The notes beneath the pieces were generated by a model that worked only from the letters and a program-made list of their open reading frames with translations, was not told the origin of the DNA and searched no databases. Shown piece by piece: positions 9,027-16,095 of a stretch of DNA of 44,018 nt. Each line of letters begins with the position of its first letter. Position 1 is the first letter of the stretch. This DNA comes from a virus. Its lineage: Duplodnaviria; Caudoviricetes. Position numbers and translations under genes: made by a program. The DNA is taken from the IMG/VR virus record IMGVR_UViG_3300048848_000270, positions 1-44,018 of that record; one strand, written 5' to 3'.

Positions 9027-9182
9027 TCACCAATCCCGCATTGAGCAGCTACCGCACACAGGCTCCGACACAATCGCCTTTGGATTGCCGCAACGCTCGC
9101 AAGTCCCGCCTTCGCCGCTCTCGCGGATATCAAGGTCGAACAGCCGGCGTATCGCGGCAAACGCGCTTCGGAAAATACCCAT
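9027..9182 (-). CDS. Cys4 microprotein (51 aa, not in ORF track)
   Basis: MGIFRSAFAAIRRLFDLDIRESGEGGTCERCGNPKAIVSEPVCGSCSMRDW; CxxC-x11-CxxC; preceded by a promoter-like repeat. Confidence 0.6.
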   Translation of the reverse strand: MGIFRSAFAAIRRLFDLDIRESGEGGTCERCGNPKAIVSEPVCGSCSMRDW

Positions 9183-9190
9183 CGCAGGAA

Positions 9191-9219
9191 CCTAGCCTCC
9201 TTCACCGGCTGACACAATC
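9191..9219 (-). promoter_or_regulatory. 29-bp repeat copy 1, promoter-like TTGTGT-N17-TAGGTT
   Basis: 25/29 identical to 9365-9393; ATG 6 nt after the -10-like hexamer. Confidence 0.6.
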
Positions 9220-9230
9220 GGTGGTCGCCT

Positions 9231-9356
9231 TCAGCGCACTTCCCACCACTCGACGCACGCTTTGCATGGCGCGTCGTTCGTGCAGCCCGCTCGCCCGCAC
9301 CCGTCAGGATCGATCGTTTCGAGCAGCCAGCGCCAACAGCGTTGTATCCGTTCCAT
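9231..9356 (-). CDS. Cys-rich microprotein (41 aa, not in ORF track)
   Basis: MERIQRCWRWLLETIDPDGCGRAGCTNDAPCKACVEWWEVR; preceded by the second repeat copy. Confidence 0.6.
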   Translation of the reverse strand: MERIQRCWRWLLETIDPDGCGRAGCTNDAPCKACVEWWEVR

Positions 9357-9364
9357 TCGTTTTT

Positions 9365-9393
9365 CCTACGCTCCTTCATCGCCTGACACAATC
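9365..9393 (-). promoter_or_regulatory. 29-bp repeat copy 2, promoter-like TTGTGT-N17-TAGGAA
   Basis: Same spacing to its ATG as copy 1. Confidence 0.6.
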
Positions 9394-9405
9394 TGGAACG
9401 GCAGC

Positions 9406-9660
9406 ATGAGCCTCGCCGACGCCATCTTCGCGGCGCTCGGCATGACCGGTGCTGCTTGCGTCATTGCAGGCATCATCCAGCGCCACGCCCCCCGCGGTTA
9501 CGAGGGGCCCGACGGCTTCAGGTTCGGCGAGCAAGTCCGCGAAATACACACACCAAGCCAGCTCACACATCGCCAGCCCGGCAGCATCTCTGAACGGTCG
9601 GGGAAGGGTGATGAAGCTGCTTTCCATACAACCGCAATTACAACCGAAGTGGATCAGTAA
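9406..9660 (+). CDS. Small membrane protein
   Basis: N-terminal TM followed by APRGYEGPDGFRFG; start reassigned to ATG 9406. Confidence 0.6.
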   Translation: MSLADAIFAALGMTGAACVIAGIIQRHAPRGYEGPDGFRFGEQVREIHTPSQLTHRQPGSISERSGKGDEAAFHTTAITTEVDQ

Positions 9661-9662
9661 TC

Positions 9663-10091
9663 ATGGTCGACGGAAATACGATCGTACGCGAACGCCAGTT
9701 GGTCATTCGCCGCGAGATGGATCGCCGGGGCATCAGCCTCAAAGCCGTGTCGCTCGACAGCGGCATCCCCTACCCGACGATCGTCTCTTACTTCCCGGGT
9801 GAGAAGGACAAGCAGCCGGCGACGATCAGCGGCGCGGCGATGTTCTGTTTGTGCCAGACCAAGGCGCTGCCGCTTGATCTGTTGTCGCTGCTGATGCCGG
9901 ACGGCTTCCAGATCGTACAGGTGCCAGAGGGGATCAACCACGATGTCATCTGCGACCTCGCAGCCGACTACGTAGCTGACAAGCACCGCGCCCATCATCC
10001 CGATAGCGAAGCTGGCCGCGACATTGGGCCAAGCGAAGATGCTCGCCTCACCAACAAGGTCGTCCAGTTGGTCGGGAGCGTTGCAGCATGA
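9663..10091 (+). CDS. HTH protein, CII-like by position
   Basis: ISLKAVSLDSGIPYPTIVSYF HTH; lies between cro and the replication genes. Confidence 0.6.
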   Translation: MVDGNTIVRERQLVIRREMDRRGISLKAVSLDSGIPYPTIVSYFPGEKDKQPATISGAAMFCLCQTKALPLDLLSLLMPDGFQIVQVPEGINHDVICDLAADYVADKHRAHHPDSEAGRDIGPSEDARLTNKVVQLVGSVAA

Positions 10092-10687
10092 GCAAATCCT
10101 CAACCCCGGAAGAGCGCGAGCGTATCAAGGCGCTGGTCGCTGAGACCAAGACCGCAGCCGAGATCGGCGAGATCGTCGGGCGCTCCACAAAGTCCGTTCG
10201 ATACGTCGTTCGCGCTTTCGACCTTGGTCCCTGGCTCGGCATTTCAAGCCATGCGCCTATGATCAAGCATATCCCCGAAGACTTTGCGGAACGCTGGGCA
10301 GTGATGCCACAGGCGGCATTGGCTGAACACTACAACCGCGGCATCGCAACGATATGCCTGTGGACGAAGCGCCTTGGCTTAAAGCGCCCGGTTGGGGTGC
10401 GTGCAGGCTTCGTTCCTAAGGCACCGGCTCCCAAGGCCGTTCCGCGTCGCACTTGGGGCGGGCAGGGCGGGCACAAGCCCACCCCAACCGAGACGCAGCG
10501 GGACGTGTCGTCTGTCGGACTGGCGGTCGATTACCTGCGCCGGTTCGGACCGGTCAATCGCTGCCTGCCGAGCGGTCGCCTGTCGCCAGATGGTTCGCTC
10601 TGGCTCCGCGGTAGCACGGTCCTGACCGACGCCGACGTGATCGAGCGCGCCGACTGGCTGAAGAGCCGGGAAAGGATCGCAGCATGA
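10088..10687 (+). CDS. Tandem-HTH DNA-binding protein (GcrA-N-like first domain)
   Basis: TAAEIGEIVGRSTKSV and QAALAEHYNRGIATICLWTKRLGL. Confidence 0.6.
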   Translation: MSKSSTPEERERIKALVAETKTAAEIGEIVGRSTKSVRYVVRAFDLGPWLGISSHAPMIKHIPEDFAERWAVMPQAALAEHYNRGIATICLWTKRLGLKRPVGVRAGFVPKAPAPKAVPRRTWGGQGGHKPTPTETQRDVSSVGLAVDYLRRFGPVNRCLPSGRLSPDGSLWLRGSTVLTDADVIERADWLKSRERIAA

Positions 10688-10827
10688 GCGTCGATGATCT
10701 CCCCGGATATTTTCGCCGGGAAGCGGCTTGCTACAAGCTGGAGCAACTCGTTCGTGAAGAGCCACAGCGGCAGTACCGCCTGCACCGCGATGCTCAGTTG
10801 CGCCGTCGCTCGCGGGGGGTTGCATGA
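10684..10827 (+). CDS. Small hypothetical protein (47 aa)
   Basis: ATGA overlaps at both ends and fills the gap exactly. Confidence 0.5.
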   Translation: MSVDDLPGYFRREAACYKLEQLVREEPQRQYRLHRDAQLRRRSRGVA

Positions 10828-11246
10828 CGTTCGATCTCCCTATGCCTCCTAGCGTCAACGGCATGTTCGCGACCGACTTCAAGACGAAGCGCCGGTTCAC
10901 GTCCAAGGCGTATGCGGCGTGGAAGGCAGCGGCCGGCGACACGCTTGGCTCGCAATACGCCGCCTATGGCTCGCCCGCGGTACAGCGCCCCGTGGCCCTG
11001 CATATCCGCCTGGGCATCAACTATCAGTCGGACATCGCCAATCGCGAGAAGGCGATCACGGATCTACTCGTCGCCACGCTGGATATGCCCGACGACCGGT
11101 ATATCGACCGGCTGGTGATCGAGCGCGACCAGAACGTGCAGGGCGCGGTCGTCACGATCGGTACGCCCGATGATGGCGACGCTCGTCCGATCGGTGAGAT
11201 CATCCGCCCCATCATGGCGCGCCTTGCAGCGGGAGTGACAGAATGA
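10824..11246 (+). CDS. rusA: RusA family Holliday junction resolvase
   Basis: LPMPPSVN, DIANREKAITDLL and DDRYI motifs. Confidence 0.85.
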   Translation: MTFDLPMPPSVNGMFATDFKTKRRFTSKAYAAWKAAAGDTLGSQYAAYGSPAVQRPVALHIRLGINYQSDIANREKAITDLLVATLDMPDDRYIDRLVIERDQNVQGAVVTIGTPDDGDARPIGEIIRPIMARLAAGVTE

Positions 11247-11863
11247 GCCGCTGGTTTCGCATGTACGACGAGGTTCTGGACGATCCTAAGGTTCAACGCC
11301 TTTCCGGTGATGACTTCAAGGCCTGGGTCAACCTCCTGTGCCTCGCATCGCGTAACGACGGCAAACTGCCATGCGCCGAAGACATCGCCTTCGCCCTGCG
11401 CATCGACGCCAAGAAGGGCGCCGCGGTGATCGGCCGGCTGGTTTCAGCGGGCTTGTTGTTGGCTGAAGACGACTGTTTCAGCCCGAACAAATGGAACGAC
11501 CGGCAATACAAATCGGACGTTTCAACGTCGCGGGTGAAACGTTTCAGGGAACGTTCCAAAACCGTTTCAGAAACGGCCCCAGATACAGAGACAGATACAG
11601 AGAAGAATACGGTAGATAAATCTACCGCGGTCGATCCCGAAAAAGTGATGTTCGATAGCGGCGTCAATCTGCTCACCAACGCCGGCAAATCCCGAGACTC
11701 TGCGCGCACCCTGCTGGGCAAGTGGAAGCGCGACCACGGCGCAGCGGCAGTGATCGAAGCTCTCGGCGCCGCACAGCGGGAGGGGGCGATCAACCCGGTA
11801 TCTTTCATCGAAGGGCGATGGCGACAACGACACCGCGAGGTTGAGGATGTTCCGCTGTGCTGA
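11243..11863 (+). CDS. Phage replication initiator / replisome organiser-like protein
   Basis: WFRMYDEVLDDPKV N-terminus, RVKRFRE, ETDTE repeats; upstream of the helicase. Confidence 0.7.
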   Translation: MSRWFRMYDEVLDDPKVQRLSGDDFKAWVNLLCLASRNDGKLPCAEDIAFALRIDAKKGAAVIGRLVSAGLLLAEDDCFSPNKWNDRQYKSDVSTSRVKRFRERSKTVSETAPDTETDTEKNTVDKSTAVDPEKVMFDSGVNLLTNAGKSRDSARTLLGKWKRDHGAAAVIEALGAAQREGAINPVSFIEGRWRQRHREVEDVPLC

Positions 11864-12450
11864 AGCCGGGGAAGCAGCTTTGCCCCGAATGCTCACACCA
11901 ACGGCGCAACAAGCGCGACCGGTGCCTGAGCGTCACCCAATCCGATACCAGCCTGGTCTGGTTTTGCCACAACTGCGGACACAAGGGATGCGAACATGAC
12001 GATCGACAAGCGGCACGTGGAATGGCTGGATCGCCGTTCGATCGACGTGACGATAGCGGAAAAGTTCGGCGTGACGACGACGCGCGACGCAAGCGGTTTC
12101 TGGCTTACCGTTCCCTTCATGGAGGGCGGCAAGCCGATCAATCACAAGTACCGGATGACGTCGGAAAAACGTCACCGGATGGACAAGGACGCGCCCCTGC
12201 TCCTGTGGAATGCCGACGCGCTGGCGCACCCGGAAGTCCTGAAGGGTACGCCGTTGGTGATTACGGAAGGGGAGTGGGACGCACTGGCGGCGATGAGCGC
12301 GGGCCTGCGCCATGTCGTGTCCGTTCCCAATGGGGCGCCCCAACAATCGACCGACGCCCCGATGGAAGCCAAGCGGTATCAGTTCGTGCATCGTCATCTC
12401 GACGCTCTCGACAAGGTGAAGACGTTCATCCTGGCTACCGATGGGGATGA
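11857..12450 (+). CDS. Primase zinc-binding domain (first ~45 aa), out of frame with the primase-helicase
   Basis: CPECSHQR...CLSV...WFCHNCGHKG. The remainder overlaps the next gene and looks non-coding. Confidence 0.65.
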   Translation: MLKPGKQLCPECSHQRRNKRDRCLSVTQSDTSLVWFCHNCGHKGCEHDDRQAARGMAGSPFDRRDDSGKVRRDDDARRKRFLAYRSLHGGRQADQSQVPDDVGKTSPDGQGRAPAPVECRRAGAPGSPEGYAVGDYGRGVGRTGGDERGPAPCRVRSQWGAPTIDRRPDGSQAVSVRASSSRRSRQGEDVHPGYRWG

Positions 12451-13417
12451 AGCAGGGCGCATCCTCGCGGCCGATCTCGTCAGCCTGCTTGGCCCGGAAC
12501 GCTGCCGGTTCGTCACCTACCCCGACCAGTGCAAAGATCTGAACGACGTCCTGATGCTCTACGGGCACGGCGCGGTCGTGGAAGTCATCAACGGCGCAAA
12601 GCCCTATCCGATCAAGGGCATCTACAAGCTGGACGACTTCCCCGAGAAGGGCGCGGTCGTTGCGTTCCCGACCGGCATCGCCCCGCTTGGGGAAAAGTTG
12701 ATGATCGTTCCGGGCACGCTGACGGTCTTCACCGGCTATGCGAACATGGGCAAGTCCACCGTGGTCAATTCCATGTTGGCGCACATGATCCGCCACAACG
12801 TGCCGGTCTGCATCGCCTCTTTCGAAACGGACGTGAAGCCGATCCTGCGTGATGCATTACGAGCGTCGATCGCCGGCTGCTCGCTGCATGAGGCGCGAAC
12901 CCAGGACATGGCGCGCGCGGACGACATGATCCGCGAAAACGTATCGATCATTTCGCAGCTGGTCGATGAGGACGAGGAAATGGACCTCGAATATTTCCTG
13001 GACCTGTGCCGTACCGCGGTGATCCGCGACGGCGTGAAGGTGATAGTCCTCGATCCGTGGAACGAGCTGGAACACAAGCGCCGTCGCGACGAGACGGAGA
13101 CCGATTACATCAGCCGCGCGCTCCGGGCGATCAAGCGCTTCGCCAAGCAGTTCGATGTAGCATTCTGGATCGTGGCGCACCCGACCAAGCCCCAGGAGGG
13201 TAAGGCCCGCGTCCCCGGCTTGTACGACATCAGCGGATCGGCGAACTGGGCAAACAAGGCGGACTACGGCCTGACTTATCACCGCCCGCGGCCGGACCAA
13301 AACCTTGCAGAGCTTCGGGTGACCAAGGTCCGCATGGGATTGCCCGGCGAGAAGACCAGCGTCTTTGTGACGTATGACTTCCGGTGCAGCGGGTTCGCGT
13401 TGGCTGATGCAGCATGA
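11996..13417 (+). CDS. T7 gp4/Twinkle-type TOPRIM primase - DnaB-like helicase
   Basis: ITEGEWD and ATDGDEAG (TOPRIM); TGYANMGKST, VIVLDP, VAHP and DISGS (SF4 helicase). Confidence 0.92.
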   Translation: MTIDKRHVEWLDRRSIDVTIAEKFGVTTTRDASGFWLTVPFMEGGKPINHKYRMTSEKRHRMDKDAPLLLWNADALAHPEVLKGTPLVITEGEWDALAAMSAGLRHVVSVPNGAPQQSTDAPMEAKRYQFVHRHLDALDKVKTFILATDGDEAGRILAADLVSLLGPERCRFVTYPDQCKDLNDVLMLYGHGAVVEVINGAKPYPIKGIYKLDDFPEKGAVVAFPTGIAPLGEKLMIVPGTLTVFTGYANMGKSTVVNSMLAHMIRHNVPVCIASFETDVKPILRDALRASIAGCSLHEARTQDMARADDMIRENVSIISQLVDEDEEMDLEYFLDLCRTAVIRDGVKVIVLDPWNELEHKRRRDETETDYISRALRAIKRFAKQFDVAFWIVAHPTKPQEGKARVPGLYDISGSANWANKADYGLTYHRPRPDQNLAELRVTKVRMGLPGEKTSVFVTYDFRCSGFALADAA

Positions 13418-13598
13418 TCCGGTTCGTTACCCCAACAAGGGCAAGCCTCCCCGCGATCAGACCATCCCTCTCGGCATACGCTGGAGCAACGGCATGACAA
13501 GCAGGCACACCTTCACCGCGTCGCAACTCAGGTGGACGATTACCGGGGAGCCATTCGATGTTGCCGAGTTCTGGCGCGCAGACGGGAAGGGCAAGTGA
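13407..13598 (+). CDS. Hypothetical protein
   Basis: Coupled small ORF. Confidence 0.6.
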   Translation: MQHDPVRYPNKGKPPRDQTIPLGIRWSNGMTSRHTFTASQLRWTITGEPFDVAEFWRADGKGK

Positions 13599-13807
13599 TG
13601 GTCACCGACGAAATGCGCAGGCTTGCTCGCAACGCCTTCGCTCTGGAGGTTTCGCAGATCGAGCGGGACGTGCTGCTGATCGGCATGACGGATGACGAGT
13701 TGGAAAGCATTCTCGACGGCATCCTCGCCGCTGTGGCCCATCTGTTCCCGCCCACCCGAACCAGCATAGTCGCGCACATCAATTCAATAATGGGGGAAGG
13801 GAAGTGA
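13598..13807 (+). CDS. Hypothetical protein
   Basis: TGATG coupling on both sides. Confidence 0.6.
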   Translation: MVTDEMRRLARNAFALEVSQIERDVLLIGMTDDELESILDGILAAVAHLFPPTRTSIVAHINSIMGEGK

Positions 13808-13953
13808 TGGGTCAGAGCTGTTGGGACGCGGGCTATCGCGCTGGCATCAAGGGCAAGCTCCTGAGCGATTGTCCATTCCGGCCTGGATCGCGCCGCAAGG
13901 AATGGGTCGAAGGCTGGAGGATCGCTACCGAGCCTATGGCGGTGAGAGGCTGA
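13807..13953 (+). CDS. Rmf/CrpP-fold microprotein (48 aa, not in ORF track)
   Basis: GYRAGIKGKLLSDCPF...RKEWVEGWR resembles the RMF pattern GYxAGxxG-x4-CPY-x5-R-xx-W-xx-GWR. Confidence 0.75.
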   Translation: MGQSCWDAGYRAGIKGKLLSDCPFRPGSRRKEWVEGWRIATEPMAVRG

Positions 13954-13998
13954 CATGACCCCCACCATTTCTACAACCAAACACACGCAAGGGGAGGG

Positions 13999-14349
13999 GT
14001 GATGCGCCACGATCTAGACCAAGCGGTAATAGCCCTGTCCGAAGCGCTGGGCCGATACCGCGCGCTGACCAACGACGAGAGCCTGACCCTGGAGCGCGCC
14101 ATCAAGCGTTCAGCGGAGAAGGACGGCCATCGCACGACCCGCATCAAGATATGGTCCAAGGCCGAAGATCGCGCATTGATCAAGGCGTTCAGGGTTCGTG
14201 AAGCGGCTGACGTCGCCAAGATGCTCGGTAGGTCCGTGCCATCCGTGAACAGCCGCCTCACCCGCCTGAGGAAGGGCGACAGGGCCAGCACATGTGTTCG
14301 GAAGAGAGCGCGCCAACGGGATCGCGCACAGCAGGAGTGTTCATCGTGA
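13999..14349 (+). CDS. Myb/HTH-like DNA-binding protein
   Basis: WSKAEDRAL...VAKMLGRSVPSVNSRL. Confidence 0.7.
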   Translation: MMRHDLDQAVIALSEALGRYRALTNDESLTLERAIKRSAEKDGHRTTRIKIWSKAEDRALIKAFRVREAADVAKMLGRSVPSVNSRLTRLRKGDRASTCVRKRARQRDRAQQECSS

Positions 14350-14810
14350 CGGAGCCATACACGCCAGAGCAACGGGAGATGATCATCGCAGCAGTGGTGC
14401 AGGGCTTGAGCGCAGGGACGCCGCTGGCTGTAGTGTGCCGGGAGCCAGGCATGCCGTGCGATGACACTGTGAGGAATTGGGCTGCTGAGGATGAGAAAGT
14501 CGCTCGGGACATCGCGCGCGCGCGTGAGGCTGGTTGGGATGCTATCGCGATGGAGGCGATGGCGATCATAGACACGCCGCCTGAACGGGTAATCACGACG
14601 ATGGGTGATGAGCGGTCGGAGAGCCGTATTGACAGCGCGTCCGTCCAGTGGGCAAAAAACCGGGCTGAGACACGGCTGAAGCTGCTCGCGAAGTGGGATC
14701 CGAAGCGGTACGGCGATTTGGTGAAGGTGGCCGGCGCTGACGGTGAGGGGCCGGTGCAAGCCGCAGTATCCGTCACATTCCGAAGCGCGATTGATCCGGA
14801 TCGCGTGTGA
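14346..14810 (+). CDS. terS: Terminase small subunit (Sf6-like)
   Basis: GTPLAVVCREPGMP..TVRNW...ARARE and KLLAKWDPKRYGD; precedes terL. Confidence 0.9.
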   Translation: MTEPYTPEQREMIIAAVVQGLSAGTPLAVVCREPGMPCDDTVRNWAAEDEKVARDIARAREAGWDAIAMEAMAIIDTPPERVITTMGDERSESRIDSASVQWAKNRAETRLKLLAKWDPKRYGDLVKVAGADGEGPVQAAVSVTFRSAIDPDRV

Positions 14811-16036
14811 AGAACGTCGAACTTCCCGACTGGTCCGAAGTCCTATGGCGCAAGGACTGCCGCCACATCGCGCTATGGGGTGGCCGCGGTGCTGCCAAGT
14901 CGCGGTCGATCGGCACGGCGCTGGTCCTCCAGGCGGCACAGGAGCATCACCGGGTACTGTGCGGCCGTGAGGTGCAGAAAAGCATCAAGGACTCGGTCAA
15001 GCGTCTGCTAGACGACGAGATCCAGCGCTGTGGACTGAGCCACCTGTTCACATCGACCGAGACGGAGATACGCGGGCCGAACGAAAGCCTGTTCATCTTC
15101 ACTGGGCTCAAGGGCAACGCGACCGCGGTCAAGTCGATCGAGGGCGTTACCGATTTCTGGGGCGAGGAAGCGCAGACGATCAGTCAGGGTTCGCTCGATA
15201 CCGTCGTGCCGACTATTCGTGTGCCGGGCTCGCGGTTCATCTGGTCGTGGAACCCTGACCTGCCGAGCGATCCTATCGACGTGATGTTTCGCGGCCCCGA
15301 TGGCCCACCTCCGCGCTCGGTCGTGATGAACGTCAATTACGATGGCAATCTGTGGTTTCCGCCTGATCTACGCGAGCAGATGGAGTTCGACCGCACCCGC
15401 GACATCGACAAGTACAATCACATCTGGCTGGGCCAGTACCGGCGCAACAGCGAAGCGCGGGTGTTCAAGAACTGGCGCGTCGAAGAGTTCGAAAGCCGTG
15501 CTAACGTTGATTACCGCATGGGCGCCGACTTTGGCTTCAGCATCGATCCGTCCTGTGCGCTCCGGTGTTGGATCGACGGCACTCGGATATACATCGACCA
15601 TGAGGCGTATGGATTGGGGGTGGAGATCAACAACCTCCCGCAGTTGTTCATGTCGATACCCGACGCTGAGAAATACTGGATGACCGCGGACAGCAGCCGG
15701 CCGGAAACGATCAGCTACCTGCGCAACCACGGCTTCCCGCGCATCGCCCCAGCGTTGAAAGGCGCGAGATCGGTCGAAGAGGGCGTTGAGTTCCTGAAGT
15801 CGTACGACATCGTGGTCCACCCACGCTGTACGAATGTGATCGATGAGCTGACGCTGTACAGCTACCGTGTGGATCCGCTGACGGGTCAGGTGACGGCGAT
15901 CCTTGAGGACAAGGACAATCACATGATCGACGCGCTGCGCTATGCCGTGGAGGGTGCAAGGCGTGCGCTGGCAGGCAAGCCGAAGGTCGTAGCAGCCGCG
16001 ATACCGTCGATGGTGTCCGCGTTTGGGAGGCGGTGA
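14807..16036 (+). CDS. terL: Terminase large subunit (PBSX family)
   Basis: GGRGAAKS Walker A, WGEEA Walker B, GADFG and DNHMIDALRY. Confidence 0.96.
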   Translation: MKNVELPDWSEVLWRKDCRHIALWGGRGAAKSRSIGTALVLQAAQEHHRVLCGREVQKSIKDSVKRLLDDEIQRCGLSHLFTSTETEIRGPNESLFIFTGLKGNATAVKSIEGVTDFWGEEAQTISQGSLDTVVPTIRVPGSRFIWSWNPDLPSDPIDVMFRGPDGPPPRSVVMNVNYDGNLWFPPDLREQMEFDRTRDIDKYNHIWLGQYRRNSEARVFKNWRVEEFESRANVDYRMGADFGFSIDPSCALRCWIDGTRIYIDHEAYGLGVEINNLPQLFMSIPDAEKYWMTADSSRPETISYLRNHGFPRIAPALKGARSVEEGVEFLKSYDIVVHPRCTNVIDELTLYSYRVDPLTGQVTAILEDKDNHMIDALRYAVEGARRALAGKPKVVAAAIPSMVSAFGRR

Positions 16037-16095
16037 ATAAGCGCTGGCAACGCTCAGTCGCTCAGGAATCGGGGAGCTAGTATCTTTCGGCTCGC

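Noticed and set aside
9023-9409. 128-aa plus-strand ORF with repeated LLHRLTQS
   Set aside because: Arg/Ser-rich and motif-free. The peptide repeat is explained by the DNA repeat serving the minus-strand units.
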